Assembly: GCA_949358305.1 (NCBI GenBank)
Contig: OX442314.1
Location: 27,156,001-27,220,000, forward strand
Origin: Strigamia acuminata
Taxonomy: Eukaryota
DNA: 64,000 nucleotides
Reading direction: 5' to 3'
In this document: positions 33,201-44,277 of the stretch, one piece after another
Position numbering within the stretch: the first letter of the stretch is position 1
Layout: every line of letters begins with the position of its first letter
The notes under the pieces: model-generated
Seen by the model: only the letters and a program-made list of their open reading frames with translations
Told to the model about the DNA's origin: nothing
Databases searched by the model: none
Position numbers and translations under genes: made by a program

Positions 33201-34677
33201 AGCACGCCGAATTTATACCTGGAAAGGCATGAAATCGGACATTACGAGATTCATTCGACATTGCGAGCGTTGTCAAGCTTGCAAACCTCGAACGAAAGGA
33301 CAAATTGAAGCAGCGCAAATGGGTCCTTACAGCCCATTTGACTGTCTAAGTGTTGATTTGACCGGCCCGAAACCTCGGACGCGCAAAAACAACACACATA
33401 TTTTAGTCATACTTGACGTGGCAACTCATTGGCCAGAATTATATCCAATGTGTAACCCCACTGCTGGAAAAGTAGCAAATTGCATTTATCACCTTTCCAT
33501 GAGCATGGGATTCCCTCGTAAAATTATTTCTGACAACGGCCCGCAATTTCGTGCCCAAGTCTTTAAAAAATTTTGTGAAAAGTTCAAGATGGTTCCAACA
33601 CCAACTTCAACGTATCACCCACAAGCTAACCCGGTTGAAAGGGTTAACCGTGACATCAAATATTTGGTTGCAATTTATTCATCTGTTCATTCCAAATGGG
33701 ACGAATATTTGCGTGAATTTGCATTTAGTTTGAGAACTACGGTGACGAGAGGAAGAGACTTCTCTCCCGCATTTCTTAACTTTTTTTGCGAACTCAGAGT
33801 ACCTTGGGATCCAAGAATACCTGAAGGGATTTTGGTCGTAGATCCAAAAAACCCACATTTATACGTGCAAAAGTTGGAAGCTGTTATCGCCGAATCATAT
33901 CAGCACATGATGTCACACGTGTTAGATTTGCGTAGACGAGTAAATCTTAAAAAAGAAGGTGAGAAGTTCTCCAATTTTAAATTAAACGATTTAGTTTGGA
34001 GAGATTCTCATGTTTTGTCGAGCGCTGCCCGCGGCATTGCAGCTGGCATCGCTGATAAAAGAACAGGACCTTATGTAATAACCAAAGTATTACAGGGAGG
34101 TTCGGTAGAATTGAGAAAGCTAGAGAATAACGAAATATTTCCAGCTGTCCATTCGTCTGAATTAACTCCGTATTTCCCGAGTTTCGACCAGGAAGTATGG
34201 TTAGAAGGCGAAGAAGTCGGTCAAAAGACTGAAAATATAATTAATACGTTAGATGACGATGAATTAAAGAAAATACCTGTCGATAATTCATCCAAACCAC
34301 AAATGGAGTCAGACCTCGTGAATAACGACGTTGAGCTCCGTGACAGTTTCAAAAAACTTGAAATTGCTAAAAAATTGAATAAAAAGGTGTTTTTAGAAAA
34401 GAAACAAAAAACATCTGAAATAAAAGACTCATCTGACTCAGTCTCCGATGACAATGAAGACGGCGATTTAAATACAATAAATCCCTCGCCGACAAAGAGA
34501 TATAATCTTCGGACTCGTAAACCGAGAGGAAAAAACAACATGTGTCTTCTCCCCTCGATAACCTCGAGATCCAGGGATCAGCCGTATGACGTAAGGAGCA
34601 ATTCCCCAAGCCATACTCAAACCAATCAAACAGTAAGATTGGATGACGTCACTAACCGCGACGTTACCCAAACGTAA
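30196..34677 (+). CDS. pol: Pol (PR-RT-RNase H-IN), intact
   Basis: MLDSGA, RLCIDFR, IDLSKGYWQ, MPFGL, YLDD, HTDAS, ADALSR, H..GH..C..C zinc finger, VDLTGP, SDNGPQF, GPY. Confidence 0.97.
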   Translation, partial: KKLVSAHPDGLVDATPTVSENELTPSQILDEFLNTQIKLELENNLIFPKIDVSSLRLVLQNENITEEFFKEKVQQIKIDWESKIKDAVTLLDGKARPTLEIVERSDKIDLPGLDDCIEKLMAATLATNDLLDELPLNPPIEIKPPRRFRCKYADIPNSNDLPTIRLQTANGMITGMLDSGANRSFMAYSVVISLKLEDEIRPIGPDVRVTTASEDVVPEGTLLLSFAWTHGMLSHPFIILRNKYPIVLLGCDFMNRLNIQPNPKTMSWNFVKSLKEDLPFVPQAILDRYQEFLDPPEEIMKRDFIKANHMKAGSATACQAKVADEENIVQRLVSDANLSMENNLMLERVLKKHEKILSRRPGRTHLVRHEIKLDTKVPIRVPFKSVNPQKREIIRQICQDMLDNGYVEQATGDYGMRIVLVMRPDCDPRLCIDFRPLNAHTLYDPPQMPSIEEILRELGRFEWVTTIDLSKGYWQIEVHPNDRAKTAFWSPLGRLQFRVMPFGLVNAPSTFQKLIEKILGDAYRKFAWAYLDDIIIISKNFEEHMIHLEEILSKLENANLHVHPEKSKFGRKELTFLGYKLSVQGVSVDPKKVAAIKEMSAPSNLKELQRFLGMVNFFHRLLKNLAVMTEPLRPLLKKDVEFIWSEIQQEAFDQIKDALTNAETMAMPDLTEPFIVHTDASRKGLGAALMQMRKIDDQNIEVPCVYASRSLQPAEINYSATELECLAVIWALRKFRHYLEFTTFIVRTDHQALKWLMQLDEPAGRLARWQMELMRYSFEIQYIKGPLNVLADALSRSPIDKPENPEDDKDNDELLSYCPSPQRNWKMGKFHELPVSTLEEKEDHEFVNYWTKIYDPSEESDDVIRAQISRKFQIPSSNVLIKAFVAKVVERLDCEPSTREDIIKAQKEDKACQLMRNFLNCNQFPPDVTTRLQRKQYRKHATTFLIEDDLLMQFHPTMSDELGEDGRALKVFVPQTLKYKIIWLMHGHPLSGHPGIARTLYRARRIYTWKGMKSDITRFIRHCERCQACKPRTKGQIEAAQMGPYSPFDCLSVDLTGPKPRTRKNNTHILVILDVATHWPELYPMCNPTAGKVANCIYHLSMSMGFPRKIISDNGPQFRAQVFKKFCEKFKMVPTPTSTYHPQANPVERVNRDIKYLVAIYSSVHSKWDEYLREFAFSLRTTVTRGRDFSPAFLNFFCELRVPWDPRIPEGILVVDPKNPHLYVQKLEAVIAESYQHMMSHVLDLRRRVNLKKEGEKFSNFKLNDLVWRDSHVLSSAARGIAAGIADKRTGPYVITKVLQGGSVELRKLENNEIFPAVHSSELTPYFPSFDQEVWLEGEEVGQKTENIINTLDDDELKKIPVDNSSKPQMESDLVNNDVELRDSFKKLEIAKKLNKKVFLEKKQKTSEIKDSSDSVSDDNEDGDLNTINPSPTKRYNLRTRKPRGKNNMCLLPSITSRSRDQPYDVRSNSPSHTQTNQTVRLDDVTNRDVTQT

Positions 34678-34730
34678 CTTCCGGTATTTGAAACGATCAC
34701 TTCGCGTCTGAGTTCACTTCGATCTCACAC
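34587..34730 (+). promoter_or_regulatory. Candidate internal promoter for ORF3
   Basis: TGACGTAA 34587, CCAAT 34622, ATTGG 34638, TGACGTCA 34644, ACTTCCGG 34677 and TCACTTC initiator-like motifs cluster just upstream of a splice donor at 34799. Confidence 0.45.
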
Positions 34731-34885
34731 GTGTGCTAAGTGCTCATCCCCAAAACCAAAAGAGAAACCGTTGGATAAATTCTCCCGAATCTTCAATTGT
34801 AAGTAGTTTTTTCTTTGGAATTTTCCAAAGAAAAACTAATAAATTAATTTTCGTTTTTTCTTTTCCATTTGGATTAGTCGTTCAA

Positions 34886-37698
34886 ATGGAAGGAGAGGAA
34901 CCGAAAGAAGGAAGCGAAGCCGGCGCCAACAGCCTCGAATTAGAAACAAATTCGACGCTGCTTGGTTCCGCAAACACTTCGAATGCATCCGTGGATGTCA
35001 CCGAAGAGTCCGCCGAAGCGTCCGCCGAAGCTCAAGCCGCTCTGGCCGACGCTGCTGCCCGTTTGCCAGTCACGCCGTCTCAGCCCCGACTACGAGGAGG
35101 CCTATTCGCCGATCCAAACGGCGAAACTCGCGCACAGAGACACGACCGGGTAAATAAATTAAAATAAAATTACCTTTCAGTCATGAAAAGTAATTAAAAG
35201 TGCATTTTCACTCGGAAAAAGCGAAAAGTTCGTTGGTAACGCCTTCGCAAGAAGGCGCCGCCATTTTTATCATCAGATGGCGCTGTGTCTCATTTTTGAG
35301 GCGTTGCTATGGTAACGCTCCAAACACTGAAACATAGCCGTCGGAAACAACGTTTTTCACAATTTTTCAAATATTTTGAAAAGTTTAACGAATCTAAACT
35401 GTCGAATGAAATCTTACCCGTGATTTTATTCACTGAAAATTCGGAAATAATTAATTTTAACGAAAAAATGGATTTTAATTATTTCTTCGAATATTTTACA
35501 GATCATCCAGCTTCGGGAGACGCATCTCGAACTGCACCCCGATGTTCCGACAGCTCCTGGTGTCTGGCGACACGCTTTGCCACCGGAGATCATAAAGTCT
35601 AAAGGAAGACTAACGTTTTGGGCGGCCCGACACAAGTTCTCCAAGGCCTTAAACAAGCGATGGGGAACGAAGTTTCGGATCGCCTATTTAATCGATGGAT
35701 TCGGTCATCGCGACGCCCTCGAGTGGGCAATGAAGCGCGACACCTTCGGACCACTGCGAAACGTGTTGCTCGACTTCGCCTTCACAGTGATCAATCAAGA
35801 AACGCGAGACCATCGCCGTTACTTCAACGCTCCTGCGTGGGAGCGTCGACAGATTTTGGAGGACATTTTCCAACGCTTGGACCAAACCAAGGCCGAGGTT
35901 GTACGCCTCTACCACGAATCTTTCCGTGTAACAACGGACGGAAAGAAACGTTGGGTGCCGACATGCCAATCGGAGATGCATCAGCTAGCCATGGGCGGAT
36001 GTTTCCATGCTGATTTCGTGCCAAACCCGTATCCAGAGCCTGAGCCCCGGGTACAGGTCGCTTCCACCATCCACGTGGTGCCACCGCGCTCCACGTCGAG
36101 GTCACGATCATCGAGGTCGCCCTACAGTGGCCGTCGCTCCTCCCCAACACAGTCGTCGGGGGAAGGCGCCATTGGAGGGTTACCTCCACTCCAGAAGACT
36201 CGTCATCGCTCACATCACCGACGCGAGCCGACGCCGCCAAAAAGACATTCGAAGTCCGTGTCGAGACCCACATCCCGAAGCCGACCTCGAGTGCAATCGC
36301 GCCAATCTTCCACGAGGAGTTCACTCTCGTCGCGTGAAGAAAAGTCCAACGCTTCACAGCTTAGCGCTTCCTCCTCCGGCCGGATTGACTGGTCGGACGA
36401 GATAGCAAAAGAAGATCGACGCATCGCCGCATTGCAAGCCGGTCAAGGAGACGTCAACACCTCTTTGCCGTTCGCTTGCCGCCCAGTCACCAGCGACATG
36501 CGACCAGACCCATCGGTGCCCGTGCCACACGTGACATCGGTCATCCGTTTTGAGGGATACGTCTCTCAAGAACCATTTCCCGCACAGGAGTGCGCTGATC
36601 TCTGGAGGCGATTCTCATCGTTTCCCGAGACAGCCCAAACGATGTACCTCGCGCATCTGGATGAATACCAACTCGCTCAGATCCGCGAAGGAGAGAAAGA
36701 ATGGCAATGGCTTGCGCGAGAGCTTGCGTCGTGCAAGTCCGACAAGCAACTGCAACGGACGCTGCAGAAGATGAACAGGAAATTGTCGGAGGGACTTCTT
36801 CGAATCCTGTTCCAAGGAGTCTTTCCCGACCCACAGATTGCTCTGGCGGCCGCCACTCGATTGTGGACCGTGCCGTTAGGATTGGGAGTCAGTTCGCCCC
36901 GATCCTCCAACGATGCTCGCCGAATTGACGCAACAAGCCGAGGCGACTGGCGAAACTCCGGCTGGATCCGCCATTCGACTACGGCAGGAATGGGCTGCGC
37001 TGAAGCAGCGACGCGCAGCAGAACGAGCTACCGCCCGTCCCGCTGGCGCACCACCGTCATCCGCAGCTCCACTCCACGCTGCCATCACGGCAACGTCGAG
37101 TGTTTCCCGTGCAACCGAGGCACCGAGTTGCAACATCTCGTCTCCGATGGAATGGCTCGACAGCGACGATCGCGAGTTCGTCGTGCCTGTGGCCAGCGGT
37201 GCCAGACCAAAGACGCGCACCCCGGCTTTGCGCAGATCCAGATCCTTCTCGATCTGCAAAAAGTCGCCGCCACCGCCGCCTCCTCCAAAGGATTTGCCGC
37301 CGAGAGATAGGGGATCGAATATGGCCACCCACCTCACCGCCTATCAACGTTTGCGCTCATTATACGCCTTCTGCTACATAACGAGCGCGACGAAAACGAT
37401 TCTCCAGAACAGCGAGGATTTATGCAACCGAGTCCTCGCGTGGCTGGAAAACCACATCAAGGAACAACAGCCGTGGATCCTACATCAACGCCTGGTGTTC
37501 GCTCGAATTACGCCTCAAGACCCGCAGGAGTATTTCGAGATGGGTTTTGGACGAAGGGATGGTGTGGACCGCATCAAGCAAGTGTGGCTCCACATCAACC
37601 CTGGCTTCCGGTCAGGACCAAACGCCGGCCGACCTTTGTGCACCGTCACAGAGCACAAAGATCCAAACGATCATTCAACGGACATGTTGCCGAAATAA
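34886..37698 (+). CDS. Spliced accessory gene (ORF3) of unknown function inside the Gypsy element; apparent 1-nt frameshift at ~36879
   Basis: Exon 34886-35149 (88 codons, phase 0), intron 35150-35501 (GTAAAT...TTTTACAG), exon from 35502 in frame with ORF 35577. Continues in the +1 frame from ~36880 to 37698. Upstream intron 34799-34877; AATAAA at 37753 and 37763. Confidence 0.72.
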
Positions 37699-38939
37699 TT
37701 AGGGAACACGCCCGTTCATTAAAAATAATTCCTTTTTTTATTTTTACACTGTAATAAAAAAGAATAAATATATATCCTGTTCCATTTTACTTTGAAACTT
37801 TGTGTATTTATTCTCATACTTACCTGTCTCTTTTGGAAAAGAATAGGATTCTTTCTTAAAAGGGGGGGAAGTGTGGTGACCTCAAATATTCCTATTTGAG
37901 TGCGCACCATATTTCCAAATTGTCTTATAAACATATTCAACAAGCTTATATGTTTTGTTTCAATGTAAATTGAAATAAAACATACATCAATAAAATATAA
38001 AACAAGACACAATATTACCCAAATAATATTGTGTTTTGCAGCAAGTTTTGGCCCAGCAACAGCGTCAACCAATCGCGCTGCAGCGTGCATTGCTTTGATG
38101 ATGCTGCTAGGCGTGTGCCTGGGCGGAGCATCCCTTCCCCTCGCGCGTGCCCGGCTCAATTGTTGCACACGACTCGAAGGCGGCCGTGTGTGATCTTTGT
38201 GCAACTCGTCATCTGCGCAGCTTTTCTGAGCAGATTTAGGAGTGAGCCAAACGGTTTTGGCCCACTCTTCCCGCATTCTTGATTCTGCTTCCAAACCATT
38301 CACATCTGTGTCAAACTTATGCCAACCATTGCTAAGTGTGATCTGTGATATCTGGAAGAGTTGAGATTCATTGCTGGTCCGTGCCAACTGTACGGAATAG
38401 CGCCTTTCTGCTTGAATTACTACGTGTAATTTAAGCCATTTCTGTGTGGAACTAACATCGAGTTTACTCTGTTAGTTTGAAGGCTTTGTGTTGAGTTTAA
38501 CTCCACAAAGCGAACTGTGTTAAGACGGATTATTACGTCGAGCTTGCTCCGTAATAATCAAACCGCTGTGTGCAAGACGTGTTCTCGTGTTGAGCTTGCT
38601 CCGCGAGGATTTTAGTATATTTTAGCAACGTATTTTAGCGTCGAGTTTACTCCGCTAAAATCCCGCGCTCACACGACGCCATCGACGCCATCTTGGAGCC
38701 AACGGTCAACTGTGAGTGTACATTTGAAGAAGAAGCCAGATCGACCCCAAACATTTTAAATAATACCTCCTTTGTATTTTGAACGATTAAAACTATCTAA
38801 TTTTTCCTTTACTCTGTGTAAAATCATTCCCCTAGACAAACATTTGGCCACAGAGTAGAAGTCCTGTACGGCATCTCACCGACGATTGCTTATTGAATTT
38901 ATATAATTTAATAAGTAAAAACCCGGATCGCCGCACCTT

Positions 38940-39709
38940 CTTGCCTTTGCTTCGACAATCGGCGATTTTGTGGCCAATTTTTCCGCAACCGTGGCACTTG
39001 TATTTAAAAGCTGGTTTCTCGCTTGAATTCGAATTTCGTCGCCATATTTCTTCGATTGCTTACGTTTTTGGAACGTTTTTCTGGCCATCATGGCGTCCGA
39101 CACGTCTTCTTTTCCCTTTCCACGGGCGATCGACTCGTCTTTGATCTTTCCCTCCAAAACTTCCAGCGATGGCAATTTATCTTGGGATTCTATTGCGCAT
39201 CGAAAGTTGTCGTAGGAATTTGGCAAACTCAGTAGCAGTAGAATCGTTGTGAAATCTTCGGGCATTTTAAAATCCATGTCTAGCAATTTGTCTACTAGTT
39301 CGAAGAATTCTTTTAGGTGACTCTCCACGTTTTCTCCGTCCGCCATCTTGTGTGTCGCGAGTCGTTTTAACAACGTGATTTTTCTTGCCGGTCCTTTCGA
39401 TTGGTACACACTATGCAACTTCCTCCACAATTCATTCGCGGTGCTGCAATTTTTGGCCATTCGAAGTTCAGATTGCTTTATATTTAGCAAAATGTCATTT
39501 TTGTCTGTTCGATCACTTTTCTCCCACGTCTCGATCTCCTTCATACGTTTCGCGTTGCCTTCAATGGTCTCTGGTCGCTTTGATGTACCTTCTGCGTGTG
39601 CGAGGAGGTCTCGTTGATCCAAGATTGCCTCCATCTGGATCTTCCACGTGTCGAAGTTTTCCTTTCCGAGTGCCTCGATTCGATTCGAATTTCCGCCGTG
39701 GTTTGCCAT
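38940..39709 (-). pseudogene. gag: Copia gag with a 1-nt frameshift before the zinc knuckle
   Basis: Reads MANHGG..ENFDTWKIQMEAIL..LLLSLPNSYDNF. The knuckle CHGCGKIGHKIADC lies in another frame after ~39034; that frame joins pol (..KGKK|ESASR..) once the Gypsy and one CCTT are removed. Confidence 0.9.
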
Positions 39710-41771
39710 CGTTTCTCAGTCTTGTATTTCGTAAACGGTTCGTGTTAAATGCGTTTTAACTTCCTCGATCGTTCTGGTACAAAACTTGATGTTTTTATGC
39801 ACAGTGGAATCGTGTTAGGCCCATAATCTGTAGTTTTTAGGTTCGAAGCAGTTTGTTATAAAGAACGAGACGCGTGGTTAGGTTTAACATGAATGACTGA
39901 TTTATTTAATCCATAACACATGATATATACAAGTACAAAAGTGGTGCGCTCAACCCTGATTGGTTCGCGCCAAGTACGTCATCTGGACGTCGTGGGCGCA
40001 CAGGTGAACGTTCACCTGGCGTGAAGACAAGACACTCAAATACAACAGCGCCACTTCAGTTTTCCATACTACCAGCTCTACAATTTATTGAAAAACATTT
40101 CTTAAATTAACAAAAGAAAGTAATTAAACTAAGTTTCAAAAACAGGATATATCACGATCATCAGAGAACCAGGTGTTAAAGCACAAAACTTGGGTATTTT
40201 ATCTTGCAAAGTCGAATGAAATCTAAAATTAAACCTAAAAGATTTCTTTATGTTATCGCAATTATCAGAAGCAGTCGATCGGATAAAACTCCCTGCAAGC
40301 ACAAAATGTGAACTCCCGATACTTTTTTTTCTTCTTTTGAACAGTAGACACCAGGTGGTGCCGCATTTTTATCAAATAACTTTTTTTCTAAAGTAAATTG
40401 AGAAAAAACAGGCCGAGAAATGTTTGAAAATAGTGTAAAGAAGTATTTGCATTTGATTCTTGGCATCTGCATCAGTTTGCCAGCACCATCTGATCAATTT
40501 CCTTCCGTCTCCGCTCCATTTGCAATAAAAATAAGAAAACACACGGCAAGATGGGTGTCTAGGGACACATGCCATGTTAAATGAAGCTTATCAAGACTTC
40601 GTGATGGGCGCCATGATGGGCTTTTGCCTCGTGTGTCCTTCTCCCGAGAGGATACTTCCATTTCCTGCAGCTGACCATCTAACTGCACTTAACTTTGCAT
40701 ATTAATCCCATGGCAATGTCTGATCGCAAATGATGGGATTATTATTTTTTTACGTGCTTATTAAACACCCCATATCCATTTTGCTTAAGACAAAAGGAAT
40801 AAGGAAATCTATAAAAAGAAAACGTCTCGAGTCTCACTACGATTCGCACAATTTAATTCTACTTGCAATTTCAAGTTTCTGCGCTAGATGGCACTAATGG
40901 CATTTGGAACTGGTTGGCTGGAGATTGGATGAAGCTTAAGATGTGTAATGGAGCAGTTCAAAAACTAATTTAATTCAATTTAATTCATCTGATAAAATGG
41001 ATTTTGAAAATTTGTGAAAAATGTTGATAAATCTGTGAAATTTAATTTAATTTTGAAAATTTGTGGGGAAATTTTCAAGAAATTTCTGTTGGGAAATGTC
41101 AAAATTTAAAATTTTTATTTTCTTTGCCTTTTTCAATTCATTTCTAACTGTTTGCAAGTTTGGAAGTCTGTTGTTTACTTATCCGATGTAAATACATCGA
41201 GAAATGTCATTACATTGATTTTATTCGGTCCAGTTAACGAGTTTTCGTCTTTTCGCTGACTGCCGAAGTGTTTAATGTGTTGTGCTGATCACTGTTGAAA
41301 TTTGTTTCTTCGCCAGACGTTAATATAAAGCGAGTTTGTGATGTTTGTCGTTTACCTTATCACCGTGCGCCATCTACAGGTTTCAAAGTCAATGTGATTT
41401 TTATCGCCTCTGGTTCCTCACACAGCTAAGCTAATATATACGCTGCAATTTAGTAGCAGTGAAGTATGGGATAGTGCACTGAGATTTTATATCTCAATTC
41501 ACGTCTGCTTAAAGATGAAATTCCACATCATAATCACCGCAATTAAGTTTTCGTACAAAAGAAAAGCAGAGAAAAATTTTCAGTCTGGACCAGAGGTGGG
41601 CAACAATGTAACCACAGAAGAATAGCGAATTTGAAGTGTCATTCACCACATCACACTGTCCAGCTGTCAAGCGTTTGCAGTGTGTTTGAAATGTTTGTGG
41701 TTAGTGGCGCAATCTGACGATCGATTAACTAATCAAAGATGTTTTGAAGCAAAATTTTGAACCGGTGACAC

Positions 41772-41801
41772 CAAGGACGACTACTCCAGTAGTCGTCCTT
41801 G
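41772..41801. mobile_element. 30-bp perfect hairpin insertion with 7-bp TSD (P-element-like micro-MITE)
   Basis: GTGACAC|CAAGGACGACTAC-TCCA-GTAGTCGTCCTTG|GTGACAC. Confidence 0.7.
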
Positions 41802-42099
41802 GTGACACGAGTAAGAATAATGCATGAACTTGACGAGTTCTTTTCATTAAAGTTTGACACCAAGCCGGAGTCGATAGCGATTTTTGCTACAAAAATTAGA
41901 AATGCCGCAAAGTAGATTTGGCCCAGCTAGAGGATGGACCAACAGGATTACTTGGACTGGACCCGGGGCCTCCAAGATACTTTAAGCATCCACATCCAGC
42001 CTTTTGTTTTATCGAGAGATGATTTACAGAGTCCGAGAGGCAGGAAGGAGAATCCCATGGATTATCCATACTCCATTAAGGGAACTTCGGGAAGTTCGA

Positions 42100-42330
42100 T
42101 GGCCCAAATAAAACCGGCCCGACAATACAAGGAGATTACTAAGGAACAAGGATATCTCAAAAAATGTATACATTGTTTAATTAAATATATATTAATCATT
42201 AGTTGTGTGCAGTGTTGTGTTCAATTAAATATACTGTATATTAATCATCATTAGTTGTGTGCAGTGTTGTTTAATTAATGTTTCTGGTGCAGATTTTTTT
42301 GTCTTCTTTTGTTTGGTGTTTAGTTTTTGA
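42100..42330 (+). repeat. Dispersed repeat; second copy at ~58366-58536
   Basis: GGCC(C)AAATAAAACCGGCCC..ACAAGGA..CAAAAAATGTATACATTGTT.AATTAAATATATATT..TTTCTGGTGCAG..GTTTGGTGTTTAGTTTTTGA present at both sites. Confidence 0.75.
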
Positions 42331-43659
42331 GTGCATTTTGAGAAAATGCAACTCAGCAATAACGGAAGGACAGAACTAATTATCAATAATGCCAACGATT
42401 GGTCAGCAAGCGCACTTAATTTTGAAGGATATTCAGTTAAAATGTCTTAGAAATATACGAAACCAACGATAGTCAAGAACTGTTTAGAGAAATGTATACC
42501 ATAATTTGGGACAGAGGGAGTATTTTATTTTGAATGATTGTAAATCAAGAAAAGAATAAAAATAATACTCCGTGCATTTAAGTATTTTGTTTATATAGGC
42601 CCCACGTGACTGGCCGGGCCCCACCTGAGCTCTCTTAGGCCTCGGCCAGTGTGTTGGTGGATAAAGAGTAACACGTAAAAGTGGTAGCAAACTGTGTATC
42701 TTCTTGTGCCGCTTCCTTCCTTGCTCTCCCGTTCCTTTTTATCGCGGTGATGATTTAATGGCCCATAGCGAGAACTGGCGCCATTGAGTGTGTCGCTCTT
42801 ATAATTGATGACGTAATCAAATTTTACGATGTAGAAGTTTTTAAAGCTGGCTTCTTGAGGCGTGAAAAAACTTTTCAATTTATTATATTACTGCAGTTTG
42901 GATTCGAATCGCATTACCTGGAATCCATTCATTTGGAAAACGTTCCGGCTAAATTTGGTTGCGAACTCGCAGCTGAAATATTATTCGCGACTTTGAGTCG
43001 AATGTATAAAGGGGATATTGATGGGACGTAATTTCAGGAATTGTTTGCGAGTTTGGGCCTATTTTATGTTTGAAATGTGTCATTACTCATCGTCCAGTTG
43101 AAAAATTGGTTGTTGTAATTTGATATTTTTTTTTTGATATTTTTTCGGGGGGAGAAGGCATTGATTTGACCTTGTCTTCGGTGTCACCAAGATCAAACAC
43201 AATTGATGTTGAATTTTTCACCCGAGACTCATAAGCGACACCGCAAATCCCATCGGCTTCGATTTAACGCATAAATCTTTATTTCGGGAGCTGTTTTATG
43301 CTCTTTTTTTCTTGCGGGGTGTGTGTGTGTGTGACTTAAATTTATTTCAGTGTTTTGAAATATGCGGTTCTTTCCGTGACAACAAAAATCTAATAAAGAC
43401 TGCCAAATGGTGAACTAAAGAGAGAGAAAAAAAATCTTTTTTTTTTTTTTTTAATAATAAAAAAATAGTAACTTTTTTTCAAGAGATTTGTGTTTTAATA
43501 ATATCCGAGAAAGGATTCAACTGAAATTTTAAATCAAAATGCAGTAGGCCCTCGTTATAATGCAGTTGATTTTAATAAGCTTACCGGTAGTGTTAGTTTG
43601 ATTTTGTAATCTGGTTTTTGATTCTAAATTTGTGATTGATATGATTGATTTCATGATTA

Positions 43660-44277
43660 CAGCAGAGCTTCGATTATCGGCACACCGGTTATACTGTGCG
43701 AACTATCAGTTATCCGAACAGCAATAAGCGATTTTTTATCGATTTTTTACCAATTTTTTTATCGGTTTTTCCCAATATTTTACTGATTTTTTATCGATTT
43801 TTTTACCAATTTTTTATCGATTTTTTACCAATTTTTTATCGATTTTTTTTACCAATTTTTAACGATTTTTTCCGATTTTTAATCGATGTTTTACCGATTT
43901 TTTATTGATTTTTTATCGATTTTTTAATTTTTGTCTCAATTTTTTACCGATTTTTTAATTTTTGTCTCAATTTTTTACCGATTTATACCGATTTTTTACC
44001 GATTTTTTTATCGATTTTTTTACAATTTTCACTTATTTTTCATCGCTTTTTAATATTTTTTGACAATTTTCACCTGTTTTTAATCGCTTTTTAATATTTT
44101 TTGACGATTTTTTATCCATCTTTGGTCGGTTTTAATGGTTTTTGACTATATTTTAATGACTTTTTATTTCCATACACAGTACAGTATGTGTATAAACCTA
44201 ATGTTCGATTGTCCGAGTGATGCTGTTTTATGAACAACCCATGTCCCCAATTAGTTCGGATAATCCAGGCTATACCG
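43660..44277. mobile_element. pogo/Tigger-like MITE with internal TTTTACCGATT-type tandem array
   Basis: TA|CAGCAGAGCTTCGATTATCGG ... TTCGGATAATCCAGGCTATACCG|TA; repeated TTATCCGAAC motifs. Confidence 0.65.

Larger units (their letters stand above)
26160..38935 (+). mobile_element. Full-length, very young Ty3/Gypsy LTR retrotransposon (12.8 kb) with an extra gene
   Basis: 1064-bp LTRs 26160-27223 and 37872-38935 (2 differences seen), 4-bp TSD CCTT, tRNA-Pro PBS TGGGGGCCCGTCCGGGAT 27226-27243, PPT AAAAGGGGGGGAAG 37858-37871. Confidence 0.98.
22580..40047 (-). mobile_element. Ty1/Copia LTR retrotransposon, split by a nested Gypsy
   Basis: 219-bp LTRs 22580-22798 and 39829-40047 (2 differences seen), 5-bp TSD GCGCC, PBS GATTATGGGCCTAA (39828-39815), PPT at ~22808-22799. 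Confidence 0.97.

Noticed and set aside
34886..37698. ORF3 as a retroviral env
   Set aside because: No N-terminal signal peptide or convincing C-terminal TM helix; largely basic and disordered.
37719..38387. 222-aa antisense ORF as an independent gene
   Set aside because: Lies in the LTR, has a non-ATG start and no recognisable domain; kept only as the chance-fusion finding.
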